In this document: positions 39,245 through 51,277 of the stretch, in pieces | How the letters are laid out: each line of letters begins with the position of its first letter | Position numbering within the stretch: the stretch's first letter is position 1 | Assembly (NCBI GenBank): GCA_013239625.1 | Contig: MU053504.1 | Coordinates: 2,302,607-2,366,606, forward strand | Reading direction: 5' to 3' | DNA: 64,000 nt | DNA from: Lama guanicoe | Taxonomy: Eukaryota | Notes under the pieces: generated by a model | What the model was told of the DNA's origin: nothing | What the model saw: only the letters and a program-made list of their open reading frames with translations | Database searches by the model: none | Position numbers and translations under genes: made by a program

Positions 39245-40450
39245 AGAGTCCAAGAATATACCTACACACATCTGGTCAATTGATTTTTGACAAAGGTACA
39301 AAGGCAATTCACTGGAGAAAAGATGGTATTTCCAACAAATGTTGCATGAAAAATTGGATATCCATATGCAGAAAAATGCACTTTGATCCATACATGACAA
39401 CACAAAAAGTGAACTCATAAGTGATCATAACCCTAAGTTTAAAATCTGAAATTATAAAATGATTAGAATAAAACATGGGAGAAAAAATTTATGACCTTGT
39501 GTTAGGCAAAAACTTCTCACAAAAAACACTAAAGCACAGCTGTTAAAAATTTAATAAGTTGTACTTCATCAACATTAATAACTTCTGCTCTTTGAAAGAC
39601 ACTGTTAGGGGAATAAAAACAAGCCAAAGATTGGAAGAATGGTATTTGCAAATTACGGAACTGATAAAAAGACTTGTATTCAGAATGTATTTTAAAAAAA
39701 ACTCTTAAAACTCAATAATAAAAAAACCAACAACTCAACAAAAAATGAGAAAAGAAGGGGGAGGGTACAGCTTAAGGAATAGAGTGCATGGTTAGCATGC
39801 ACGAGGTCCTGGGTTCATTCCCCAGTACCTCCTCCAAAAATAAATAAACAAATAAACCTAAGTACCTCCCTCCACCAAAAATTTTTTTTTAAATGAGAAA
39901 AGATATGAACTCATACTTCACCAAAGAAGTGATACAGATGGCAAATAAATGCATAAAAAGATGCTCAATATTCAGCCTCATTAGTCATTAGGAAAATGGA
40001 AATTAAATCACAATGAAATCTCACTACATACCTATTTGAATGGCTGAAGTAAAAAGAAAGACCATAGCAAGTATTGTGGCTGAAGATCAACTGAAACTTT
40101 GATATGGTGCTGTTGGGAATGAAAATGGTAAAACCATTTTTGAAAAGGTTTGAAAAGGACTTTGGCAGTACCTTAAAAAGTTAAACATACAAATTCTATA
40201 TGACCAAGCATTTCATTCCTAGTTTTTCACCCAAGAGAAGTGAAATGTTCATCCAAAGATTTGTACGTGAATGTTCATAGCATCCTTATTTTTATTAGGC
40301 AAAAATTATAAACAACCCAAATGTCCATCAACAGATGAATGGGCAAACAAATTGTGATATAAAATGGAATACTGCTCTGAAATAAAAGTAAATTATTGAT
40401 GCAACAACACAGATGAATCTCAAAATAATTGTGCTGAGTGAAAGACGTCA
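39245..40450 (+). mobile_element. L1 ORF2 C-terminal/3' UTR remnant
   Basis: TGATTTTTGACAAAGG...TTCACCAAAGAAG...ACAACCCAAATGTCCATCAACAGATGAATGG. Confidence 0.9.
39757..39890 (+). mobile_element. tRNA-Ala-derived SINE inside L1
   Basis: SINE head and tail; TSD AAATGAGAAAAGA on both sides. Confidence 0.9.
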
Positions 40451-40825
40451 TTAAAAAGGGCTTTTTAAGTGGGTTCCAAGGAGACACAACTATGATAGAT
40501 GGAGAAGGAGGTAAGGCATTCATCTTGAAGGAATAGCCTTGCACCATGTGTTGAGTTAACCATTTAAAGGGAGGTCCAGGGAAGACATGATCCCCTTAAT
40601 GGCAGCTGGACAGGACAGTAATACAGCAAATCCAAGTGTAAATGTTTGTTCACTTTCTGGCTTCATATCTCTTACCATGAGGACCTAAAAAGCCTGAAAT
40701 TTGAGCAGTTATTTTCGCACTTGGTTCCACACTAGAACCACTTGGGAACATTTAGAAATGATTTTGCCACCTGCAGATATTCTGATGAAATTGGTCTGAG
40801 CTGTAGCCTAGGCATCAGGATTTTT

Positions 40826-41475
40826 TTTTTGTCCTTCAATCCTTGTTTACTTGCTCTCTCTCTTTTTTTTTCATTTTTCAGTTTTATTAGGTAGAATTGT
40901 TTCAATTTGACTGTGTGTATACAATATATTGCACGTAAATACATATATACAATGTACTGCATGTATTTTTTTAGTTTACATATATGTACTCAACATTGTT
41001 TCTAAGAACAGTTTAGAGCTTTAGCTTTTTAAACTTACACAGTTATCAAAGAAATAAAGCCAACCACAAAATGAGAATCAACAGAATGTGGTAATCCAAT
41101 CATAAAGGACAGTCAATTGTGCTTACACATATTCAAGAAATCAATCATCTAAGTTATGAATAATAAGTAGTTCATTTGTGTCCTTTTTTTTAAGATTCCA
41201 CATATAAATGTTATCATATGACATTTTTCTTTCTCTTTCCAGCCCACTTCACTTAGAATGACGATCTCCAGATCCATCTATGTTGCTGCAAATGTTATTA
41301 TTTTATTCTTTTCTTGGCTGAGTAATATTCTGTTGTATACATATACCACATCTTCTTTATCCAGTCATCTGTTGATGGACATTTTGGTTGTTTCCATGTC
41401 TTGGCTATTGTAAATAGTGCTGCTATGAACATTGGAGTGCATGTGTCTTTTGAATTTTATTTTTTTCCAGGTATA
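40826..41475 (-). mobile_element. Chimeric L1-mediated insertion (L1 fragment + non-L1 polyadenylated sequence) inside a MER5-like element; second copy at ~42912-43565
   Basis: TSD TAGGCATCAGGATTTTT at 40809-40825 and 41476-41492; L1 sequence ~41166-41475; non-L1 part with minus-strand AATAAA at 40883-40888. Confidence 0.8.
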
Positions 41476-42146
41476 TAGGCATCAGGATTTTTAAAATCTC
41501 CCCAAGGAAACGAGTGTTTGAGACCATTGCTCTGGAGGGTTGTTAGAAAAACTATGTCTGGATCCTGAAGGAAAGAAAAAAGAAAAGATAAAATAAAGCC
41601 CTCAAATCTAGCAAACTCTTGGCCCTTGACACGGCAGAGAAGGAAAGAACCTAAGAATCAGGTTAAAATGTTCAAACCCAGTTAGTGGCCGGTTCCCCAA
41701 CCATATGATATTTTGAGCATCCATTGATAATCCTTATTCTAATTATTTCACTGGGGGTTGCAGGATTGTTATTTAGTTATTCTATCAGTCCTTTGACATT
41801 TATTTACTATTAGTTGAATTCTTCTTTACTTTCTATTTTGCTTTGAGTATCACTATGAACTCATGTTTTTTTTTAAAAGAACATTTTGTAATCAGTTATA
41901 GTTATTCTTTTTGATTTACTCAAAATGTTCCAAAATTGGTCAGTGGCAGTCCCTTCAAGCTAATGCCTTTGTCCTTTCAGCATGACCCCATGTATTTTTG
42001 AGCCCTTCCCTGCTTTCTGCACTGGTGGATGCCAAGTCCAGTGGGGAACAGAGCATTTACATGCTGTGAAATTAATACCCCATTACTTGTTTAATTTCTA
42101 CGGGAGAAGCACCTCTTTACATTAGAAAGATCTGGTGGTCACCATC

Positions 42147-42600
42147 TGTATTCTTTTCCTGGGACAGCCTAACAAATGACCTTAAATGGGATGGCTTCAA
42201 AGAACAGAAATTTGCTCTCTCACAGTTCTGGAGCTGGAAGTCTGGAATCAGGAGGGCTGGTTTCTTCTGAAGGCTCTGAGTGAGAATAAGTTCTGTGCCT
42301 CCCTTTAACTTCTGCTGGTTGCCGGCAATTCTTGACATTCCTTGTTATATAGACACCCCACTCCAATCTCTGCCTCTGCCATCACACGGTGTTGTCTCTG
42401 TGTGTCTCTGTGTTTTTGCATCCGAGTTCCCCTTTTATTAGAATACGAGTCATTGGATTAGGCCCACCCTAGGCCAGTATGACCTCATTTTTGGCTTGAT
42501 TACATCTGTAAAAACACTATTTCCATATAAAATCACATTAATAGGCACTGGAGATTAGGATTTCAACACATCTTTTGGAGGGACACAGTTCAATTGACAG
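42147..42600. mobile_element. MaLR LTR (MLT1C-like); duplicated at ~44237-44690
   Basis: ACAGAAATTTGCTCTCTCACAGTTCTGGAG...GTCATTGGATTAGG...GATTACATCTG...GGGACACAGTTCAA. Confidence 0.8.
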
Positions 42601-45039
42601 TGCCTTAACTAGTGATCAGACTTACCATCATGTGTAGTCAGACAACTGAACCTTGTGAGTCTCCTGCTATAATGCGACATGATGTCATAGTACCATCTTT
42701 GAAGTACTCTTGCTAAAAAGTTTATCCGGAATCTAATTAAGGGTTCTGAATGAACTTCTAGATGACAAGAAATATAGAGGGTAGAAAAACTGAGTAAATG
42801 ACATCATAATGAAGCAATCTGACAAGTCTGGAATAGGAATGTTCTGTAAGACAACTAGTCTGGTATCCTCAAAAAGCTAATGTCACAGGTAAAAAAAAAA
42901 AAGCATCAGGATTTTTTTTTGTCCTTCAATCCTTGTTTACTTGCTCTCTCTCTTTTTTTTTCATTTTTCAGTTTTATTAGGTAGAATTGTTTCAATTTGA
43001 CTGTGTGTATACAATATATTGCACGTAAATACATATATACAATGTACTGCGTGTATTTTTTTAGTTTACATATATGTACTCAACATTGTTTCTAAGAACA
43101 GTTTAGAGCTTTAGCTTTTTAAACTTACACAGTTATCAAAGAAATAAAGCCAACCACAAAATGAGAATCAACAGAATGTGGTAATCCAATCATAAAGGAC
43201 AGTCAATTGTGCTTACACATATTCAAGAAATCAATCATCTAAGTTATGAATAATAAGTAGTTCATTTGTGTCCTTTTTTTTAAGATTCCACATATAAATG
43301 TTATCATATGACATTTTTCTTTCTCTTTCCAGCCCACTTCACTTAGAATGACAATCTCCAGATCCATCTATGTTGCTGCAAATGTTATTATTTTATTCTT
43401 TTCTTGGCTGAGTAATATTCTGTTGTATACATATACCACATCTTCTTTATCCAGTCATCTGTTGATGGACATTTTGGTTGTTTCCATGTCTTGGCTATTG
43501 TAAATAGTGCTGCTATGAACATTGGAGTGGATGTGTCTTTTGAATTTTATTTTTTTCCAGGTATATAGGCATCAGGATTTTTAAAATCTCCCCAAGGAAA
43601 CGAGTGTTTGAGACCATTGCTCTGGAGGGTTGTTAGAAAAACTATGTCTGGATCCTGAAGGAAAGAAAAAAGAAAAGATAAAATAAAGCCCTCAAATCTA
43701 GCAAACTCTTGGCCCTTGACACGGCAGAGAAGGAAAGAACCTAAAAATCAGGTTAAAATGTTCAAACCCAGTTAGTGGCCGGTTCCCCAACCATATGATA
43801 TTTTGAGCATCCATTGATAATCCTTATTCTAATTATTTCACTGGGGGTTGCAGGATTGTTATTTAGTTATTCTATCAGTCCTTTGACATTTATTTACTAT
43901 TAGTTGAATTCTTCTTTACTTTCTATTTTGCTTTGAGTATCACTATGAACTCATGTTTTTTTTTAAAAGAACATTTTGTAATCAGTTATAGTTATTCTTT
44001 TTGATTTACTCAAAATGTTCCAAAATTGGTCAGTGGCAGTCCCTTCAAGCTAATGCCTTTGTCCTTTCAGCATGACCCCATGTATTTTTGAGCCCTTCCC
44101 TGCTTTCTGCACTGGTGGATGCCAAGTCCAGTGGGGAACAGAGCATTTACATGCTGTGAAATTAATACCCCATTACTTGTTTAATTTCTACGGGAGAAGC
44201 ACCTCTTTACATTAGAAAGATCTGGTGGTCACCATCTGTATTCTTTTCCTGGGACAGCCTAACAAATGACCTTAAATGGGATGGCTTCAAAGAACAGAAA
44301 TTTGCTCTCTCACAGTTCTGGAGCTGGAAGTCTGGAATCAGGAGGGCTGGTTTCTTCTGAAGGCTCTGAGTGAGAATAAGTTCTGTGCCTCCCTTTAGCT
44401 TCTGCTGGTTGCCGGCAATTCTTGACATTCCTTGTTGTATAGACACCCCACTCCAATCTCTGCCTCTGCCATCACACGGTGTTGTCTCTGTGTGTCTCTG
44501 TGTTTTTGCATCCGAGTTCCCCTTTTATTAGAATACGAGTCATTGGATTAGGCTCACCCTAGGCCAGTATGACCTCATTTTTGGCTTGATTACATCTGTA
44601 AAAACACTATTTCCATATAAAATCACATTAATAGGCACTGGAGATTAGGATTTCAACACATCTTTTGGAGGGACACAGTTCAATTGACAGTGCCTTAACT
44701 AGTGATCAGACTTACCATCATGTGTAGTCAGACAACTGAACCTTGTGAGTCTCCTGCTATAATGCGACATGATGTCATAGTACCATCTTTGAAGTACTCT
44801 TGCTAAAAAGTTTATCCGGAATCTAATTAAGCGTTCTGAATGAACTTCTAGATGACAAGAAATATAGAGGGTAGAAAAACTGAGTAAATGACATCATAAT
44901 GAAGCAATCTGACAAATCTGGAATAGGAATGTTCTGTAAGACAACTAGTCTGGTATCCTCAAAAAGCTAATGTCACAGGTAAAAAAAAAAAGACGGTGTG
45001 TATGTGACCAGCACTGCCCAACTTTCTTAATTTAATTGT

Positions 45040-46400
45040 ATTGCTCACTGGGTGAGAGTGTCCATGCCCACTATGGAATATTTTAGGGCAGTGGGTGCTA
45101 TGACCATGGAAATTCAGTCAAGGCAATAGTTCTGATGGTTAAGGTGAGGCATGCCTGTTTCTCCTCTATTTTATGTTTAGTGACTCCCCTAAGATTATAA
45201 GGGGTATCTCATTTACATTTAGTGGGATTCCCTGGTGTAAGTGTAATGTGAGCGCCACTATTGAAGCATGAGAGTTTGCCAATTGGTGCGTTTCCTCAGG
45301 TGCTAAAGTTAACTCAGAACCCACGTTGCAGAGGAGCAAAAGCCAACTGGTGCCCTTTTATCTTTTTACTGTATATGTGCTTATATGTATATATATATAT
45401 ATATTTTAAGCAAATTTTGGATTTCCAGTCAGGTTACTTCTGATTTTGGACCTCTGTTTTTGTTTTCTCCCCTTGTATCCAGGTATTCTGGGGGGAGGTT
45501 GTTGTTGACTATACTTTGGTGTAGACCCCCCCTACCCTTCTCATATTTGTATTTCTTTTTCCAGAGAGCCTCAAATCAGCATCATCAGGGTTAGAGGCCT
45601 TCTCCATAGCAACTGTCAGGTTATTGGCTAGGGGGCACCAGCCTAGGCAGGGGGCAGAGTTGTGTTGATAAGACACCATACTCCATTGATCCCAGAGTCT
45701 TTTTTGGCCCCTTTTGAAGTTGTTCAATAGGATCATGGTATCCTCTGGCCCTTTAAGAGAGGCAGGGATACAGCATACAAGGCACTTTTCATAAGGATCT
45801 GTGCCATGGCGCAGCATGGTGTTTTCCCCATCACCCTTTGCATTGGCAGAAGCAGCAGAGGCATGTAAAACTCGTAGGGTACTAGTGAGCCATCTGCTTT
45901 TAAGAATGTGGCCCTCAGCAAGCCCCACAGTGACTGTCCTCTTTCACAGGAGTGAACATCGTTGAACCTGACTATTGCACAGGGCATTGGTCACAAATCA
46001 ACAGCTGTAGTCTAAGAGTCATTCCCCTGAGCTTACCATCAGTGGTGGCTTGGCTGGAATTGAGATATACAATTCATTGAGACACACATATAGGTCAAAG
46101 CCAACGTACACAACCCAGGGCCATTATAAGGAGGGCCCCAATGTCATACTTCCAACCCTAAATGCGAATGATTGAAACTTCCAAAATAGGCTGATAAAAT
46201 CTATAACTGGTGCTCATTTGGTCTCAGTAAATGCAGCACAAACAGCACAGCCCAAAATGCAAGCTAACCAGCAAGCAGCAGACCCAGTTAACCAGCCAAA
46301 GCAAGAGAAGAGAGCCCTCCAGTAGTGGTCATCATCTAGACAACCTGCTTGCACTGCTATGTTGGGGTTCACCCTGATTCCCTGGGTTGACAACCTATGT
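45040..46400 (-). mobile_element. Decayed ERV-L-class internal region (protease, probably preceded by gag)
   Basis: Minus-strand translation gives NSGAHITLTPGNP (45262 leftwards) and, after a frameshift, VIAPTALKYSIVGMDTLTQ (45104-45048), matching ERV-L protease motifs D(T/S)G...LIPGDP and VISP...IIGIDIL. The gag assignment and right boundary are positional inference. Confidence 0.65.
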
Positions 46401-46842
46401 TGAAGTATTGAGCAGTGATGTGTCATGATGTCTGCAACTGGCTTTGAAAAGCTTCATCCTGAAGGCAGTGGGGAGCCACTGAGGGCTTTAGGCAGAGGAG
46501 GGAAAAGGTTGATTTGGGCCAGAGAAAAATCCCTGGTGGAGGGGGACAGTGTGCTGCAGCTACGGAGGAAGGGATGGGAGTGGGCGGAGTGTGGGGAGAT
46601 GAATTTTAGTAACTGCTTTAATAATCCAGTGAGAGTTGAAGAAGCTCCCCTCTGTGGTGGTGGGAGATGGGGGAGGCTGTACTGAGGAGGGAATGAGGTC
46701 AAGGCTCACTCATTGGTGGGAACATATTGCCTAGTGGCTAAAAAAAAAACGCTTGGAGCCAAACTACGCATGGGTTTAGGCAGCCACTGGGCACATCATT
46801 TAACTTTAGTGTGCCTCAGTTTCCTTATCTATAAAATGGGGT

Positions 46843-47225
46843 GTACTAGTTGACAAGAGGTGCCATAACAAAGTACCACAAACTGGGTGGCTTAAACAGC
46901 AGAAATGTATTTTCTTGGCGTTCTGAAGGCTAGAAGTCTGAGTTCCAGGTGTCCATAGGCTTGGTTTCTTCTGAGGTCTCTCTTGTTGGCCTGTAGATGG
47001 CTGTCTTCTCCCTGTGTCTTCAGATGTCCTTCCTCCTTAGGTGTCCGTCCACATTTATTCTTCTCATAAGGACATCAGTCATATTGGATTAAGGCCAATG
47101 CTAATGAACTCATGTCAACTTAATTACCCCTTTAAAGACCCTACCTCCAAATACAGTCACATTATGAGCTTATTGGAGGTTAGGACTTCGAATGTGAGTT
47201 TGGGGGAGATACAGCATAGCCCATA
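46843..47225. mobile_element. MaLR LTR (MLT1A-like) inserted in a MIR
   Basis: TGCCATAACAAAGTACCACAAACTGGGTGGCTTAAAC...CTTCTCATAAGGACATCAGTCATATTGGATTAAGG; MIR core TGCCTCAGTTTCCTTATCTATAAAATGGG immediately left. Confidence 0.85.
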
Positions 47226-47575
47226 CCGGAGGATAATCATAGAATTTATTTCACAGACTGTGAGGATTAATTGAATTAGGACACGTCAAGTGCATAGAAC
47301 AGTGATCAGAAATGTTTTCCATTGCTAAAGATGACAGATGAAATGACATGAAAATGAGGCAGCCATTTATTTCACAGATGTCCCTAAGCTTCTGCCTCCT
47401 GTGAAAGTGGCTCCTTTGAGTCCTAACATTTCTCAGAGCCCAGCACTGTCAGAAGCATCCCCTACTTGCTTTGGATGTCTCTGAGGTCACAGCTCTCAAG
47501 GGTCAAAATCCTCTTTAACCCCCTGCTCCCCACATGGCAGCCTGCCCGGGTAGTCCCTTGAAAGCAGCTAAGCCT

Positions 47576-47730
47576 GTGGTTCTCAAAATGTGGTCTCCAG
47601 ACCATTAACATCACCTGGGAACTTGCTAGAAAGTCAAATTCTTGTGCCTACCCCAGACTTACTGAGTCAGAATCCCTGTGTGTTAATAAACCCTCCAGGT
47701 GAGGACCCTCCAATTTGAGAACTACTAACC
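47576..47730. mobile_element. MER5A-like DNA transposon (others at ~55201-55380 and ~62980-63150)
   Basis: GTGGTTCTCAAAATGTGGTC...CATCACCTGGGAACTTG.TAGAAA...TTTGAGAACTACT. Confidence 0.8.
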
Positions 47731-49217
47731 AAATGTTGCTTCAGGCGCTTGTGTGGGGAAGGAATGATATCTGCTGAAACACCGCTTGGGGGCAGCACAG
47801 GACTGCCAGGTAAGCACAGGCTAATGAAAACACCCACAAATGCAAAAACCTCCCACAGTCCTTCCTGCCGCCAGTCTTGTCCCAAATCCTCCTCAGTCCT
47901 CCCCACACAGTCAGAGAAACCTCTAGAAATGTCAAACCTGATTGTGTCACTGGTTTGGCAGCTCTCGAAGGCTCTAAAGGCCTTTTAACTTCCCAGGCAG
48001 CATCTCCTGTCTCATGCATCTTTCACATTGCCGTGTTCTCTTTGTATCTTCCCTGGAGTCAGAACTACCAGGGTTTGAATTTCAGCTCTGCCATTTACCA
48101 TGTGGGTGTGGCTTGGGCAAGACAAATCATTCTGAGCCTCAGTTTTCCTCATCTGTGAAATGGGAGCAATTAATAAGCCTTTTCTCAGAGGGCTCTTACT
48201 AGAGGGAGCTTGTAGGGATTCTAGCCTAGGCTCTCACAGACAGTGCTTTGGATGGAGCAACTCTCTTTCCGCTTGTGCACCGCCAAGCACAGTGTAATGT
48301 CAGGGTCCACGTGTTTCATGCCAGGTGCAGTGTGTGCATTTGAGCTCCACATATCTCCCCAGTGTCATAACTGCCACCTACCAGTGCCTGTGTCTCTTTG
48401 CCTGGGGCTTTCTCTGGCTGCTGGCACCCACTGTGGTGCCAGAACCAGAAAACTCCCTACAATGGAGATGATAATAGTGCCTACCTCGTGGCACTGCTGC
48501 GAGGGCCTTGTTAGTGCCCTGTATGGAATGGGTCCGCAGACTTTTGCTGTTAGGGAGACCTAGCACCTGCTTTTCTCCTGCCCGTCTCTGTGACTCCTCT
48601 ACCCTCAGGAATGGCCATGTCGGAATATCAGGCAGTGAATGAGGGACAGGGTTTGGGGAAGAGGCCTGAAGGGGCCTGGCTCGCTGGTGACTCCCTGCTC
48701 TACCACTGCTGACCTCCTGCCCTTGGGCCATGCAAGCTGGCTCCTGGCCACCCCCTTTCAGGAACTTAAGATGCCTGAGTGGTGTCATAGGATGTAAGAG
48801 GACACCAGGCCCTAGGGGCTGCCAGATAACCCTGGTGCCTTGGCAGGGCAGTTGGTGTTTTGTGCGCTCTCAAAACCTGGACCATCTCAGGATGGAGACC
48901 TGGAGGTGACACAGCTCCTCAGCCCACAGCCTGCAGGCACATGGGCACACGACCCTGCCCAACAGTCAGTGATACCAGGATGCCTCCTGGGGGTTGCTTT
49001 GCCCTTGGTCTTCATGTTCTGTGTGGGGCTGCCCTGGATGCAGTAGACACACGTCTATATGGCCTGCAAAGGGATTCCAAAAGCACCCTCTCCCCATTCC
49101 CAGCCTAAATATCTCTGCTAACAGCCTGTCATGCTGTCTGACTGGGCGTGAAACCCTGGCGTGCATCATTGCCCTCTTCCAGCTACTCTGAAAAAGTTAG
49201 CAAACTGCACGCAGAAC

Positions 49218-49375
49218 CAGCTGTATAATTTGCAGAGCCCTGTGCAAAATGAGAGCGTACAGATTCCTGTTCAAAAAGTACGAAGAATAATTTCAAGACA
49301 GTGGCAGTGCAGCACTAAGCCGAGTGTGGGCTCTGTGGGACAGGACAGGTCGCACACTCACGAGGCCGCCCCTGA
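49218..49375. mobile_element. MER45-like hAT DNA transposon
   Basis: TGTATAATTTGCAGAGCCCTGTGCAAAATGA...CCTGTTCAAAAAG...GGTCGCACAC.CACGAGGCCGCCCCTG. Confidence 0.65.
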
Positions 49376-50350
49376 CCGCAGCTGGTAACCCCGCACATGA
49401 TAGAGTTCTTTGGCAACTTTCCTTGCACCAAGCAGAAGCCCTGGAGCTGCTCAGAGAAGATGCAAGGACACAAAGTCAAAATCTGTCCCTCACTCAGCTC
49501 AGGACACCTGTTGTCTTGGAGACACTAGAGGCCAGTGTTCCCTGCCCAGCTGGCCTTTCTCACTGGGCCACCTCCATGGCAGCGTATGGGGCCGTTTCTG
49601 TCTCTGGTCTGGCTGACCTCTGGGCAGGTCCTTACTCATGTGCCTATACTGCTGTGTTTGCCTCGTCTGTTCTGGAATGTGGGTCCCCTTTTCTCTTCCC
49701 TGAACAACCACCAGACCTTTGGATTTAGATCTTAGCAGCCCCTGGGGAGCACCCTTAGACCTCTCCCCATGCACAGGGCTCCTCTCGGCTCTCTCTAGGC
49801 CCTCTCCCAGCCCAGGAGGCTGAGCTACATGGCTGCTCCTTTACTCTGGCTTCTGGTTGAGTGTGACTAGAACTGCTGGAACTGGAGGGAGGGAGAAATG
49901 AGAGAGGTGGGGCCATTTTTTCTCCCAGTTCCTTCCTGTAGCTTCCTGGAGCCTGGCGGTGTCCCTGTCCCAGGTCACAGCTTCTTGTCAGGCTGCCGTC
50001 TCCATGCAGCCCTCTCTGCCTCCAGGTTTTACTTCTCTGGGCTAACAGCTCCCTGCCTCAGCCCTTCAGGACCCGTGGTCATAGAATCCAGCTGTCACTA
50101 CTGTTCCTGACCTTGAGATCCCCCCATATGCTGCCCAAAGCTTTGTAAATAAATCCCTTTATTAAGAATTATCCTAATTTGATATCCTAGAATTATCCTA
50201 ATTTGAATTTGCATCTGTTTCTTTCTGGGATGCTGACTGGTACTGAAACCGAGTTTTATCCAAAACTTTTTTTCTTTCTGGTCCCATACCTGTTCCCCTC
50301 AAGGGAGTATCAAAGAGGGGTATTTGAGGAGTATCAAAGAAAAGATGGAT

Positions 50351-51277
50351 TGAAACTGAGCAGGACCCTGTGGGGACGTCCTGGGTACAAAAGCCTTTCC
50401 ATGTCCTGCTTCTTGTTTGTAGGAAAAGGGCTTCGGCCTCCTAGACCTTCCCTGAGTTCCAAGGGTAGATTCAAACAGTTACTAATTAGGGGAGTGAGGG
50501 AATGTGGAAACAAAGCAAAAGCAGTCAAAAACAATAGTGCAAAAATAAAAAATAAATATATATTTATATATATTTAAATAAATAAAATTAAAAAAAAAAA
50601 AAGAAAACAAAGTGGGGAGAGTATAGCTCAGTAGTAGAGTGTGTGCTTAGCAAGCATGAGGTCCTGGGTTCAATCCCCAGTACCTCCATTAAAAAAATTT
50701 TTTTTAAAATAAATAAACCTAATTACCTCCCCTTAAAAAATAAACAAAAAACACAAAGCAAACAGAAAAAAAGAGAAAAAGAAAGAAAGAGAGAAAGAAA
50801 GAAAGAGAGAAAGAAAGAAAGAAAGGGAGAAAGGAAGGAAGAAAGAAAAGGGCAGTGATACAGCAGAGTCCTAGTTCCGCCTCAAGGGATACACATAACA
50901 ACCTGATGTTACCTTGGAGTTGTTCTGCAGGAACGAAGGCCCCCACCCAGGTGGAGGATGGTTACTACATGCTGAGACCCCAGACCGGCTGGAATCAGAA
51001 GGGTGGTGATTGAGATTCCTGGAATCACCACCCTGATACCTCACCACCAACCAATCAGAAGAAAGTTATGCACCTTGCAGCCGTCAGCCCTCAACGTTGC
51101 CTTTAAAAATGCTTCCCTGAAACCCACTGGGGAGTTTGGTTCTTTTGAACTTGGATCACCCATACTCCTTGCTTGGCACCTGCAATAAACACCGTACTTT
51201 CCTTTACCACAACCCAGTGTCAGTCAATTGGTTTTGCTGTGTGACGGGCAAGTGGACCCAAGTTCGGTCTGGTAATA
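50351..51277 (+). mobile_element. ERV1-type solo LTR (MER41-like), split by a SINE and A-rich tracts
   Basis: TGAAACTGAGCAGGACCCTG start; CCAAT (~51051), TTTAAAAA (~51103) and AATAAA (~51184) in LTR order; homologous to the inverted LTR at 52123-52658. Confidence 0.7.
50614..50848 (+). mobile_element. tRNA-Ala-derived SINE with GAAA-expanded tail
   Basis: GGGGAGAGTATAGCTCAGTAGTAGAG...GGTTCAATCCCCAGTACCTCC...AAACCTAATTACCTCCCC. Confidence 0.9.

Larger units (their letters stand above)
40812..44991 (+). repeat. Direct tandem duplication B, units 40812-42902 and 42903-44991
   Basis: Near-identical sequence at offset 2090; junction is an A12 run followed by GCATCAGG. Confidence 0.98.

Noticed and set aside
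38410..40450. Twin-priming L1 inversion (minus piece abutting plus piece)
   Set aside because: The pieces come from distant parts of ORF2 (endonuclease versus C-terminal region) and I found no shared TSD; independent insertions fit equally well.
45620..45640. CTCF-like motifs (also ~15108 and ~26308/28429)
   Set aside because: Only partial consensus matches; unsupported without a PWM scan or ChIP data.
45509..46426. Processed pseudogene of a cellular gene
   Set aside because: No recognisable cellular protein, poly(A) or TSD; adjacent protease motifs point to an ERV-L internal region.
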